Of a DNA stretch of 64,000 bases, positions 31,801-40,600 are shown one piece after another. Every line of letters begins with the position of its first letter. The stretch's first letter is position 1. The stretch is from a virus (lineage: Duplodnaviria; Caudoviricetes): the IMG/VR virus record IMGVR_UViG_3300024272_000023; one strand, 5' to 3'. The notes below the pieces were generated by a model. The model was not told the origin of the DNA and did not search any database. It saw only the letters and a list, made by a program, of their open reading frames with translations. Made by a program: the position numbers and the translations under genes.

Positions 31801-33680
31801 TTTTCATCTACCGCCTGAGTTATCCCCGCGATAGCTGTAGAAGTTTCTGTCTCAAGCGATGTTACCGACTCGATGGTGGCGTAAGTTTGAGATGCTTCTT
31901 GTTTTACTCCGGCAATTGCCTCCGAAGTTTCCGCTTCTAATGAGGTCACAGACTCGACAGTAGCATATGTATCAGCCACCTCTTGTTTTACTCCGGCAAT
32001 TGCCTCCGAAGTTTCCGCTTCTAATGAGGTCACAGACTCGACAGTAGCATATGTATCAGCCACCTCTTGTTTTACTCCGGCAATTGCCTCCGAAGTTTCA
32101 GACTTAAGCGACGTGACAGATTCGATAGTGGCATAAGTATCCGAGACCTCTTGTTTAAACCCAGCGATAGATGTATTGGTTTCGTCTTGCCATATAACAA
32201 GACCTGCTAGTGTTGTCGAGTCACTGTCTGCCCTTGCCACAAACCCAGCAGTCCCAGATTGTGTGCCGTTACTCCATGTTGCCAATGGTTCTACTTCTTG
32301 CACGAGTGATGTAATGTCTTCCTCGACTTCACCGATACTTTGGCTGAATTCATCGCGAGTATCATTTAAATTATTTTTTGTATCTTCTAAGCCTGAGGCA
32401 ATATTATCTATATTATTCTGCAATTCATCACAGGTATCTATCAAATCTTTTTTAGCTCCATTTAGTTCCTCAGATACCTCATCAATATTATTTTGTAAAT
32501 CTTCACAAGCACCCTGCAGTTCTTCCTTGGTTGCCTGCAACTCAAGAGCCGCATTCTCTAAACCGACCTGCATATCTATAGCCTGCTTTTCCATCTCTTT
32601 TCTTAATTCGGTGTTTTCTACCAACGCCTCGTTAGCTTTCTCAACTGCCTCATTGCGCATACTCTCAGCAGAAGTCGCCGCACTCTCGGCAATAGCTTTG
32701 GCTTGTGAAGAAATCAGCGTAGAGTTTGAAACCTGTGCTCCTAAATTAGTCACTTCACCCTCAAGCTTATCAACTGTACCTAAAGCCCCATCTACCTTAT
32801 CAGACATTATCTTATTAGACGTGTCAACCTCTGACGCCTTTTGATAAGCCTGATTCGCCACGTTGACTGCAGATATAATATTCGCCTCGGCAGCATCCAT
32901 GCGAGAGTCCAGCTCTTGTAATTCAGCACCAATTAAATTGATCTGATCTGCCGTTATATTTAATTTAATAGTTGCATATGGCACACCATTAATATTATGT
33001 AGTGCCACAACCTTATAACCACGCTTCGAGCTAACCGTAGTTGCTACGCCATATGCATTAGAAACAACATAGTCGCCCTCAACAACATCCAACTCACATC
33101 TCACAGGTGCTACGCCCGAAGTGGCCACTAATCCATAATGTTCATCTCTTGCGATATCGTCTTGCCCACCAACAAAAGCGGCGCTATCAACAACGACACC
33201 AAATATATCATCGCCTGTGCAGATAGATATGGTGCGAGCTTCCTTGTTTAATGTTACAAAATATCCCACACCGTTCTCGCCAATCGCGTGCCCATCTGCC
33301 CATTCGTAATAGTCTGCATTACCTTTTTTATCCGAATATATTGTTTGAAGGGCTTCGATTGAATTCAGCTCTTCACGAAGCCCAGTAATTGCGGTGATAG
33401 GGTGTGCATCATTAAGTTCTCTGTGATTTAATAAAGCGTGATTAAGTGCATCATCTTCCCCAGATGCAGGAAAAGCTTCAGACATTTCAATATCAATAAC
33501 TTCAACGTCAGTTACCTCTATAAAAGGCGTGTTCTCCTGGATAGCTACATCGCTTTGAACATCGACCACTTGTAGATCTTCATAAACCATTTCCTCTTCC
33601 TGCTCATCGGATACCTCTATAACAGGTACCTCCTGATCGATCACTTGCAGATCTTCATAAATTATTTCTTCTTCCTGCAT
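25860..33680 (-). CDS. giant tail fibre / adhesin: N-terminal peptidase G2-like domain, long coiled coil, three CBM-like domains, BspA LRR, C-terminal S74 chaperone
   Basis: NADYYEWADG...VGYFVTL...IFGVV; three GG(R/K)NL...K(L/I)E(R/K)GN...WTPAPED modules; VTSIGDKAF LRRs; SDRNEKNSI...HIGFISQDV...LRYGEFIAL. Confidence 0.8.
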   Translation of the reverse strand: MQEEEIIYEDLQVIDQEVPVIEVSDEQEEEMVYEDLQVVDVQSDVAIQENTPFIEVTDVEVIDIEMSEAFPASGEDDALNHALLNHRELNDAHPITAITGLREELNSIEALQTIYSDKKGNADYYEWADGHAIGENGVGYFVTLNKEARTISICTGDDIFGVVVDSAAFVGGQDDIARDEHYGLVATSGVAPVRCELDVVEGDYVVSNAYGVATTVSSKRGYKVVALHNINGVPYATIKLNITADQINLIGAELQELDSRMDAAEANIISAVNVANQAYQKASEVDTSNKIMSDKVDGALGTVDKLEGEVTNLGAQVSNSTLISSQAKAIAESAATSAESMRNEAVEKANEALVENTELRKEMEKQAIDMQVGLENAALELQATKEELQGACEDLQNNIDEVSEELNGAKKDLIDTCDELQNNIDNIASGLEDTKNNLNDTRDEFSQSIGEVEEDITSLVQEVEPLATWSNGTQSGTAGFVARADSDSTTLAGLVIWQDETNTSIAGFKQEVSDTYATIESVTSLKSETSEAIAGVKQEVADTYATVESVTSLEAETSEAIAGVKQEVADTYATVESVTSLEAETSEAIAGVKQEASQTYATIESVTSLETETSTAIAGITQAVDENKASIKNVTTWQNNFSIGGKNLACDKFITHSGVTVNNTINNGSKKGWNITKNAGYHGTRISQEILKSKETYTLSYFFQGTSGTLKNIGGHSADFIFSKIILDGVQMPSLSAYGNGIPLDEDGSTDKPFKEHYIILTFVVNPEVLSDENIYIQPNRGVDMVITYDLWNIKLERGNQVMDWTPAPEDMAESIASVEQKADANEANITLLTAWKDETTTSITEIEATTNANEAALSAVASYEKDGKTGFAGLVAQVDENKSSISALAGFDDNLAGLQAQVDENTASVETLTSWKSDVGDEVSSITSIKQQADANKTSIESITAWQGTANTSIAAVIQKANVNESSISSLASWKSEVESDISSIASIKQTASANEACIEQLTQKDTELNTTIAGVKATADTNKASIEQITSWKNETNTALAGITATANANSASINTLAQYSNSDSGNSGIAGLVADVNDNTSELSAIVNHEFTKNDGTTVTGLAGLNTYIKENESNVSLVSNRVAGKYVVMPEWVDKNRDTSKIYAFKEDGTRKYAYCVGGNSWTRTSSWAALQNNSKVDTNHVYYIVVDKVYRYYEAGWKETADAYTAGLPASIAGIQVVTDATSSSINSLTSWQGDTNTSMARIEQKADANGAYIQSTVSNMDKYSVGPHSQAYGFTLEQAASVLEEGMIYVPTVSVTEEYEYTDVDKAVQKYTRSFTPQYLYKWGKVSDQYRWITIDKNYTETSEVNTSSKAVYFTTTEPTVSGNFGYWYTNGANVTSPYEAYTLYKWESYVDESNATQYHWVVVATLAGNSQSRAVSQVRQDTNSIVAEVVDAYGSVAGFGAWLSDTASEVQSITSWKTDPGGSQYNLANIKQTADNAGASIAQVVESVGEDGKVTAASIVTAVNDAGSSVVIEADHINLNGYVTMTDLSTLGSTTIHGANIATRTITADQIDVNNLLVNETFSVSIQGSIDSAIDNIEIGGRNLLLNTGGNKDITLVGSSARVIGLDSYSVENGVLTLNANTSINEIYYRFMNPGAIALYTLEAGSTYTFSGKVKVTTSATTATSGGSLISLNVRSQANATDSEFSHYWTGGINTPIATADTTDWVYFAETFAVEENAVGYYLSFQLYYDNYYKGTIQFSELKLEKGNKATSWTPAPEDVVSAGGRNLIAKSDYSLTVDGKNTAPIAIDKNSKSGFGFVCAGGTTNYDIFCHSEDLDLETDTEYTVSFTAWLETTDTTARQKLTWDLWPDTLPQKFLEVTSVPERYHWTVSSQHTDMTNARFRVFTYEADAEGYYAKYPIYVTDIKIERGNSVTDWTPAPEDMVGRDNVITCINASSEGVTIRGDKISVDGTTTFKSWSDTINGLTTNKDGQTVINGGKIDATSLTLSADNIDSGTYSKAINVADKFIVDTNGNVVARDVDATGGTIGGWHIEEDMLYSGTELMGHVGLCSSSLSSLSYEDIFEIEKNDDDKTCEITKLKLHLSQVNIPFKIGEYSVTSIGDKAFAYQANITSVVIPDSVTSIGKEAFWNCSGLETVYIPDSVSTMGANAFSCGMTTDDLSICMIYCEATPQPSSWDSTWNNSERPVTWGYVLTSIFSSIVNPNTTSNARIFAGSAFKKPTGPILPNFLVLEDGSLYANAASINGTVNATEGHFGALSIYKGLITSKDGGLTLDSNSREVMTKKVSATEELGSPKVKTSIISGMNEMTSLDLDDSETPSEKVEVHAGSTIIKEGTFDYGIPIQLGLTIITPEEVRDEGQVQIGVSLYFKDPSTGILHKRTPLQSRTFRVTVWYTNNINISHYVTFEPGASSKSFTVPHLIQRGYKVETFDSVSYYVGDFIQPSASVVNKITCNGNFVSGKNGETTYTLGTQDSRWKEIWCVQSDLNSLSDRNEKNSIEAIPDQYGTFFDELQPVRYKFNVNDSNRYHIGFISQDVRDALQKTNISTSDFAGYIEYDKNDGSKGYGLRYGEFIALCVNEIQKLKKRVEELENKLETMQND
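31897..32099. repeat. perfect 84-bp (28-aa) tandem repeat, about 2.4 copies, with diverged flanking copies
   Basis: TCTTGTTTTACTCCGGCAATTGCCTCCGAAGTTTC recurs at 31897, 31981 and 32065. Confidence 0.95.
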
Positions 33681-33693
33681 TTATTATCACCTC

Positions 33694-34089
33694 TCATATA
33701 ATATTTTGACCATCAAGTATAATAAGCCCATCGTAGGTCGGAGTAGGTAAGATTACATCATCTAAAATAGAGTCGTCGTAAACCGGATAAACCGTAATTA
33801 ACTGTTCTCGACTAGCAAAAGGTGTGCCCGTTGCAGTTACTGCCCTCAATTGGACTTTCGCCTTTCTTTTTTCTGTAAACCTCAATGTTTCCTCTTGGCT
33901 TAGTGTTATACTAAGCTCGTTGGATTGACTACCTTGACGGCATTGTTCTTTAACTTTTAAAATTGGCAAGGGTCTATCATTTGATGGTCCATTGTTGTTA
34001 TCTTGCCAAAAAGTGATTTTTACTATTGCCAGTTCAGAAAAATCATACGGCATTTTAAATCGGAATTCTGCGTTTGCTCCACGAATCAT
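33694..34089 (-). CDS. BppU-N-like adaptor protein
   Basis: MIRG..AEFRF...LSITLSQEETLRF...KVQLR pattern of phage fibre anchor domains. Confidence 0.5.
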   Translation of the reverse strand: MIRGANAEFRFKMPYDFSELAIVKITFWQDNNNGPSNDRPLPILKVKEQCRQGSQSNELSITLSQEETLRFTEKRKAKVQLRAVTATGTPFASREQLITVYPVYDDSILDDVILPTPTYDGLIILDGQNII

Positions 34090-34144
34090 AGACACCACTC
34101 CTTTCTTTGTATTTTTAATTTATTTATAATAAATGAGTTTTATA

Positions 34145-34693
34145 TTATGATATTTTATTGCAGAAGTCTAAAAACATCTGCTCAATTTCCTCTGTTGTGA
34201 TGCCATATTCCGAAAGACCTTTAGGGACTTTCTTCATAGGTTTACGGCAAATTGCCTTGATGTGTTCAAGGTTAGTGTTAATGCCTATATGGATAGTTGA
34301 ATACTGAATATGACCATAAGGTGTTGCACTTAGACCACTAATTTTGTATCCGTCAATGAGAACATCATTATCTTCATAGGTTGCTTTCAGACCTCTCTTC
34401 TTATATTGTTCGATAAGGTAATCAGCAAATCTGTGCATCCACTTATCACCAATAGCACCGAAGTGAACAACACTCACATCACCTTCACTCACTACTACAA
34501 CGCCACCTGTGTGTTGAGTATTGAGTACAGTGTAGCCTTCGTTATCACATACCTCTCTGTCAATAGAGTCGGGGTCGGTCATAAAAATGGATTTTTCATC
34601 GTGAACACAATAGGCAATGCCGTGTTCTTGATTTGTGATGAAATGTTGAATTGTTGATATAGCTTCATTACTCTTTACTTTTTTAATGTTCAT
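34145..34693 (-). CDS. lipoate-protein ligase / BPL-LplA-LipB fold protein
   Basis: HTGGVVVVSEGD aligns with RxSGGGAVxHDxG; NDVLIDGYKISG matches the conserved ND...GxKISG motif; ATG overlaps the upstream TAA. Confidence 0.7.
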   Translation of the reverse strand: MNIKKVKSNEAISTIQHFITNQEHGIAYCVHDEKSIFMTDPDSIDREVCDNEGYTVLNTQHTGGVVVVSEGDVSVVHFGAIGDKWMHRFADYLIEQYKKRGLKATYEDNDVLIDGYKISGLSATPYGHIQYSTIHIGINTNLEHIKAICRKPMKKVPKGLSEYGITTEEIEQMFLDFCNKIS

Positions 34694-36156
34694 TATGCTT
34701 CCTCCGTAATCTTATCTGCATAAGTAGTTCCAAATGCAGATTTGTATGCTTCAGCACAACCTTTAGGGACAATAATTTGACTAACAGTATAACTACCATT
34801 ACCTAAAGCATGTGTACCACCTAAATTAGGTGGAGTAGTAGAAAGAAAATGGAAAATCTTTTTTGCTGAGCTTGCCAAACCGTAAAAAGCACTGTTGCCT
34901 ATTTTAGTTACTGTTGAAGGAATTGTAACGTATGTCAGTGCCGTTGCATTTGCATTACCCCCTGAAAAGGCATCTTCACCTATCACAGTAAGCCCTTCGG
35001 GAAGAGATAAGCTTGTTAAACTACTACAACCATCACAAAAACCTTTAGGAATTTCGAGTATACCACTAGGGATAGACATACTTGTTAAGGCTCTACAGTC
35101 CTCAAACATTCTTTCACCTAAAACAGCGCCCTGGGGGATTGTAACGCTTGTTAGAGGGTTATAAAGGAAAGCTCTTGAACCCCAAGTTTTTACTGTTGTA
35201 GGTACAGTGATACTTTGTAGTTCATTATATGCAAACGCACTACTGCCAACACTTGTAAGACTTGCAGGGAAATTAACACTAGTAATAGCGTTATTATAAA
35301 AAGCTTGTTCTCCTATAGATTCTACGCCATTTGGTATTGTGTAACTACCTGACACTTTGACAAGTGCTGTAATTAACTCTTTACCGTCCTTATTAAGAAG
35401 TAAGGCACCGTCAGTAGAGTATGTCTTGTTGTTAGGGTCAATGGAAACATTAGATAGGTTTGTGCCATTAAAAGAGCTATAGGAAATACTTTTAACAGAA
35501 GCAGGAATGTGAATGTGTGATAATGATGTACAACTGTCGAAAGCTGAATCACCTATAGATTCAAGGTTTTCACCAAGTTCCACGTTGTTTAGATTTGTAC
35601 ACCCGCCAAAAGCTCGCTTTCCTATTGTTTTCAGGTTCTTGCCTAATACAACGCTCGTTAATAAAGAATTGTTCTCAAAAGCAAATTGAGGTATAGAGGT
35701 CGCCGAACCTGTGTCTTCAATACCTATAACACATCTGCAATATGTGGTGTCATCTTTTGAAATGTTATAACTGCTGGTAGAAAATGCTGCACAATCTCCT
35801 TCAATCATCAGTGTTCCACTTGAAGGTGTTGCCACACTATCACTAGCACCTTTGAAAGTTCCGAAAAATACTTGTTGTGCACTAGGTTCTGCTGTACCAC
35901 TTGTATCTGAAATAGGCTTTTGTACACCACCATAAGTAACTCTAACTTTTCCGTTGGGTTTAGGATAAATGTCAAGTAATATAAACTCTTCGTTTGGGCG
36001 TGTTGTACCACCTGAGTAGGTATCGGAAGTGATTTTCTTAACCTCTAAAACAGCAGGCCCACCTAAACTCCACAGAATACGTCCTGCATTATCAGTAATC
36101 AGTGTTACTACACCTTCGGGAATGTCAAGGCCTTGCAATGTAGCAAAATCAATCAT
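34693..36156 (-). CDS. BspA-type leucine-rich-repeat (LRR_5) protein
   Basis: About ten LxxIGxxAFxxCxxLxxI repeats. Confidence 0.85.
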   Translation of the reverse strand: MIDFATLQGLDIPEGVVTLITDNAGRILWSLGGPAVLEVKKITSDTYSGGTTRPNEEFILLDIYPKPNGKVRVTYGGVQKPISDTSGTAEPSAQQVFFGTFKGASDSVATPSSGTLMIEGDCAAFSTSSYNISKDDTTYCRCVIGIEDTGSATSIPQFAFENNSLLTSVVLGKNLKTIGKRAFGGCTNLNNVELGENLESIGDSAFDSCTSLSHIHIPASVKSISYSSFNGTNLSNVSIDPNNKTYSTDGALLLNKDGKELITALVKVSGSYTIPNGVESIGEQAFYNNAITSVNFPASLTSVGSSAFAYNELQSITVPTTVKTWGSRAFLYNPLTSVTIPQGAVLGERMFEDCRALTSMSIPSGILEIPKGFCDGCSSLTSLSLPEGLTVIGEDAFSGGNANATALTYVTIPSTVTKIGNSAFYGLASSAKKIFHFLSTTPPNLGGTHALGNGSYTVSQIIVPKGCAEAYKSAFGTTYADKITEEA

Positions 36157-37079
36157 CCTACATACACCGCCTTTGTTACGATTCTGCCGTCTTCAAGGGT
36201 GAAAGTCCAAGTTTCGGTTTTCAAGCCAAGCTGCTCAAGAGTCACTCCGTGAGGATTATTTTTGTCATTAATATGTGCAGTAAGATTACTCTGAACGGCT
36301 GCCGCACTACCAGGAGCGTCTGCTTGTGTGAGATATCCAGCGTCATTTGTGAACTGACTCACATTAGTGGGTGTTCCCGTCAAATCTCCGTATGCGCCAC
36401 TCGTTGCCACGTCTGATAATCCAAGTATGTCCGCAGTCACCCCATGTGGATTTCCACTTGTTATCTGACTATGATCATAAGCGGTTTTCCCCTTATCTCC
36501 ATAATATGCAGTATTAGAAGTTTCACCAAGTGCGAGTGACTCCGAAATTTCTGCAAATACCGAACTGCTCCAACGATATGTTCGAAGAGAAGCAAGATCA
36601 AGATAGATTTTACCTGTTTCTGGAGCTATCTCTTTTGCCTTAGCTTCATCTTCATAAAATTTAGTACAATCCTCACTTACATAGCCTTCTATAACGTCAT
36701 CAACATATGAAGGCAGCTGAGTGGACGGAACGTGCCCGTTAGCATCTAAAGTTGCCACACCACTCGCAGTACCCTTTTGAGCAATTGGAATGGCGCCCAC
36801 TTCGTCGGGTCCATAACTCGGTTTAGTTTCTGCTTTGGCCCAATCAGGCACGGTGGGGTCGGTTTCAGTATATGATTTGGCATTATCGAGTGCCGTCTGC
36901 ACCTCTTCAGTAAGGTCGCTCTTGGCAACCTCGTCTTTTGCAGCGAGGCTACCAAGAGTAGGTTTGTTTTTTATAAAATCTAATTGTGTTTCGTCGGTCT
37001 GGGTCCAGTCTGATTGAGGCATCTTCTTAAGACTACCTCCACCGCCACCGACCGTATCGCCGTAAATAGGTTTACTCAT
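36153..37079 (-). CDS. fibre/connector protein
   Basis: QSDWTQTD...FIKNKP, ETDPTVPDWAK, GVATLDANG.VP..QLP and NPHGVT motifs typical of phage fibre shafts. Confidence 0.65.
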   Translation of the reverse strand: MSKPIYGDTVGGGGGSLKKMPQSDWTQTDETQLDFIKNKPTLGSLAAKDEVAKSDLTEEVQTALDNAKSYTETDPTVPDWAKAETKPSYGPDEVGAIPIAQKGTASGVATLDANGHVPSTQLPSYVDDVIEGYVSEDCTKFYEDEAKAKEIAPETGKIYLDLASLRTYRWSSSVFAEISESLALGETSNTAYYGDKGKTAYDHSQITSGNPHGVTADILGLSDVATSGAYGDLTGTPTNVSQFTNDAGYLTQADAPGSAAAVQSNLTAHINDKNNPHGVTLEQLGLKTETWTFTLEDGRIVTKAVYVG

Positions 37080-37620
37080 CTTCAGACACCTCCATATCTA
37101 ATACAACTTCAGTCACAGTCGCTTGTATCGGAAGTGAGCCTTCTGGCTTAGCACCAACGGCATAGACCGTAATAACACCACCGACATTTTTAGTAGTCAA
37201 TGCAACGCCCCAATCGTAGAGACGACATAAGTCACTAGTTGTGGGCTGTAAATCGACCTTGCTATTTGGTGTAATAACTGCATTTTCCACAGTTACCACC
37301 TGCGAGTATGTGTCCACCACATCTGCACCATCAATATCCACCGCTTGCTCCCACTTATCCGCATAAAGCGTAACAGATATAGGTTTCGGCAAAAGGAAGC
37401 TATCGACGCTCATATATGGTAAAGCACTGAATGGATCTTTACCGTTACCAATTTTAAGTCTTGGAATGCCGTTATCATATTCAAGAACGAGTTCACCAGC
37501 AAGCGGTATAAGATGATTCGGTTGGGCCTCATATTCGGCCCAATCATCTCGTGGCGAGCCTGTCTCAGGATCTGAATCCCATTTCCAGCCACGACGTAGT
37601 TGAGAGATATATATAGACAT
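37072..37620 (-). CDS. protein with an Mtd-N / hyaluronidase-N-like docking domain
   Basis: QLRRG...PLAGELVLEYD...RLKIGNGKDPFSALPY. Confidence 0.65.
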   Translation of the reverse strand: MSIYISQLRRGWKWDSDPETGSPRDDWAEYEAQPNHLIPLAGELVLEYDNGIPRLKIGNGKDPFSALPYMSVDSFLLPKPISVTLYADKWEQAVDIDGADVVDTYSQVVTVENAVITPNSKVDLQPTTSDLCRLYDWGVALTTKNVGGVITVYAVGAKPEGSLPIQATVTEVVLDMEVSEDE

Positions 37621-37655
37621 CAATCTCACTCCTTTCTTAAATAATATTATTTCTA

Positions 37656-40600
37656 TTAATGTATCATATATGTTACTGAGGTAATACTTGTTAAGTCAAC
37701 ATTTCCTAAATTAAATCTCAACTCCCAGTTATTATTTGTAGTGCTACCGGTGCCTGAAATATATAAATAATTTTTTATCATCTTGTTGCTACTATTAAGT
37801 GCAGTAGTTAAGACATAATATGACTCTATCTTATTATTATCAGCAGTAATAATAGGAAGATATAATGGAAAAGTATTGATTAGAGAACGACCACTAGTTT
37901 GTTTTATTTCAGCTGTAATGAAATAGTGTTTTCCATGTGGTACTCCACTTATAATTGTAGAGGCACTAAAATCACTATAAACTGGGTCGGGATTCCTGTC
38001 TTCTCCTACTTCGTGTATAAGCGAAGTTAACTTAAGCCCTGGGTCTAAAATTCCACTTGATAATTTTGCTTCAAGATTATCAAAATTCTTCTGTAACGTA
38101 TTGTAAGCAGAAGAATCAACCTTATTGGTATTTAACTTATTATATAGTCCATCTGCATAAGTTTTCACTGCCTCATCTTGAGAATCAATATAATCTTTAG
38201 TAACTTCAGAGCCTTGAATTTCAGCGAATTTTGCATCAACATAGTCTTTAATTGCTGACTTATAACCCCATTCAATTGCACATTGAGCTCTATTCCATCC
38301 ATCATTCCAATTAATTGGCTTAGATGGAGCTTCACAGTAAATAGCAAATCCAAGAACAAAAGAATTAGTAAATACTGTACTTCCCATAGTTTCAACACTA
38401 GCAGGAATAACTATACTGTTTAAATTTCCGCATCCAGCGAATGCGCCAAAACCTATGTTAGATACATTATTACCAATAGTACAATCAGTAAGAGAAATAC
38501 AATCTGCAAATGCACGTTCACCAATAGTAACTATTGTATCTGGAATTTTAACACTTGTAATTGCTCCATTTCCATTAAAAGCATCATCGCCAATAATGGT
38601 AACTTTTTTGCCATTATAAAAAGCAGGAATAATAAGGTTCGTATCAGAACAAGTACCAATACCAGTAAGTGTATAAGTTCCATCTTGATTTAAAGCGTAT
38701 TCAAGACCTTCGCTTGCACCTGGGGTAAAAGCATTAGTAATTGTATCATTAACGTATCCTTTATTTACTAAAATACTTGCACCACTGGCTTCTGATACAT
38801 TACCTTGCAATTCGCCGTTTTCATTTGCAAGAGGAATGTAACAAACCGAATCTTCTATAACGTTAAATATATTATTTTCTTCAGTGATAGCTACACTTTC
38901 ATCATAAACTTCAAAATAATTATTTACAAAAGCCTCATCTTCAAATGTTATCTTATTTGCAAAGGGCATTGTTAAACTACCACTATTTACAAATAAGATA
39001 TTATCCATATTAACAATTGTTGCTTTTTTATTTATGCGCCAATCAATGTAAGTCAAATCTTTGGTAGAAGTTGTAGCTGCAGTACTGTAATAACAGTTAA
39101 TATTAGAAGCAACTTCAATATCATTTACTAATACAGTAAGCGTAGATTGGTTACCAGCCCTATGATAGTAAAGTTTAAGATTAAACCATTCATTATAAGG
39201 TAATTCACAAATCGTATCAGAACCAGTTCCTCCTGAGCCAGTGTTATATTGAAGTAAAGTCAATACATCGTTGGATAGCTGAAAAGCTAGACCAAATAAA
39301 TAAGTTTGTGAACTTCTGAATATTATTTCGGACATTCTTAAGCTACTTGAGCTATTATATTTTAGGTCTAATGACAAAAGAGAATATTCACCTACACCAT
39401 TCATGAGTTTTATACGAGATATTGCACGAGTGGTTGCAGAATTTGCGTTAATATTCAATACTTTACTTTTTATAGATTGAGAAGCAACTGGATACTGTTT
39501 TGTAGTAGAATTATAATTATCAGCATATCTTTTAGCAGTGTCTAATGTATCATTTATAACCGTAACTGCATCACTATACTTTTGATCAGCATATTTAGCA
39601 GCAGTACTAACGGCTTGACTTGCTTTGTTGTCAGCCTCTGTAATTGCATATTCAATAGCAGTATCTACATATTTTTTAGACATTGCTCTCTGATTCTCAT
39701 CATAGTTATCATCCCCAACAGCAGGCTGAGATTCACCATAGTTGCTAACAGGAACTCTTAAGAAACCATCATCCATTCTTAAAGGAACACTATCCATCAT
39801 CTTGTTTTGAGCAAAATCTTCTGGATCAGGATCACGAGGCCCAAAAGGATTAGGAGACAATGTTACTCTACGATTAATGCCTTTACCATTTGATCTATCC
39901 ACATAAACGCGATTATAAGAATCTGCAAAACCTTTCTTCGCATTACTATAAGGGACAGGCGAACCTAATAAGTATCTATATCCAATAGCACCTTCAACCG
40001 CCTCCCATGAAGCTGTAGCTCCATCTTCACTAATAGTTACAACAGGTGTTGGTAAATATTGAGGATGTCCTCTTTCTGCCGACTCCATAGGGCTACCATC
40101 TTCATTGATAAAACTATATGAACTGTCGTAGTATTCAGAATTACTATCAGCAAGAGCACAAACCATAATTGAATTACCATTAAGTTCTACAGTCAGCGTT
40201 TCTGATGTTACTTCTACTGGAGTGCTCTTTATATAATAGACGCGATTATTATCTTCTTCTCCATCAAAAGTTCTCATAAGAGAAACTTTATTTGAGCTAA
40301 CTTCTTCTAAAGATGCATCAACATACTTTTTATTAACAGCATCCAAATCTTCTTTAGGCTCTGCTGTCTTAATAATACCATTTTCACGAAGAGGAATTTG
40401 ATAAGGGTACATTAATTCCCCATCTTCATAAGCTTCATTTATAGAGTGAGATATTAAATGCAGTTCATAAGCATCCTTACCATCTCTTCTTTGTACGGTA
40501 TATGCGAAATGTCCATCTCTTTCAGGAGTAGGTAATTTTTCATCAACTATGCTATTTGTAAGTTCAATCCATTCATTTTGATAAGAGTATATTTTTGTCT

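Noticed and set aside
31897-32099. CRISPR-like array
   Set aside because: Repeats are contiguous, in frame inside a CDS and have no unique spacers
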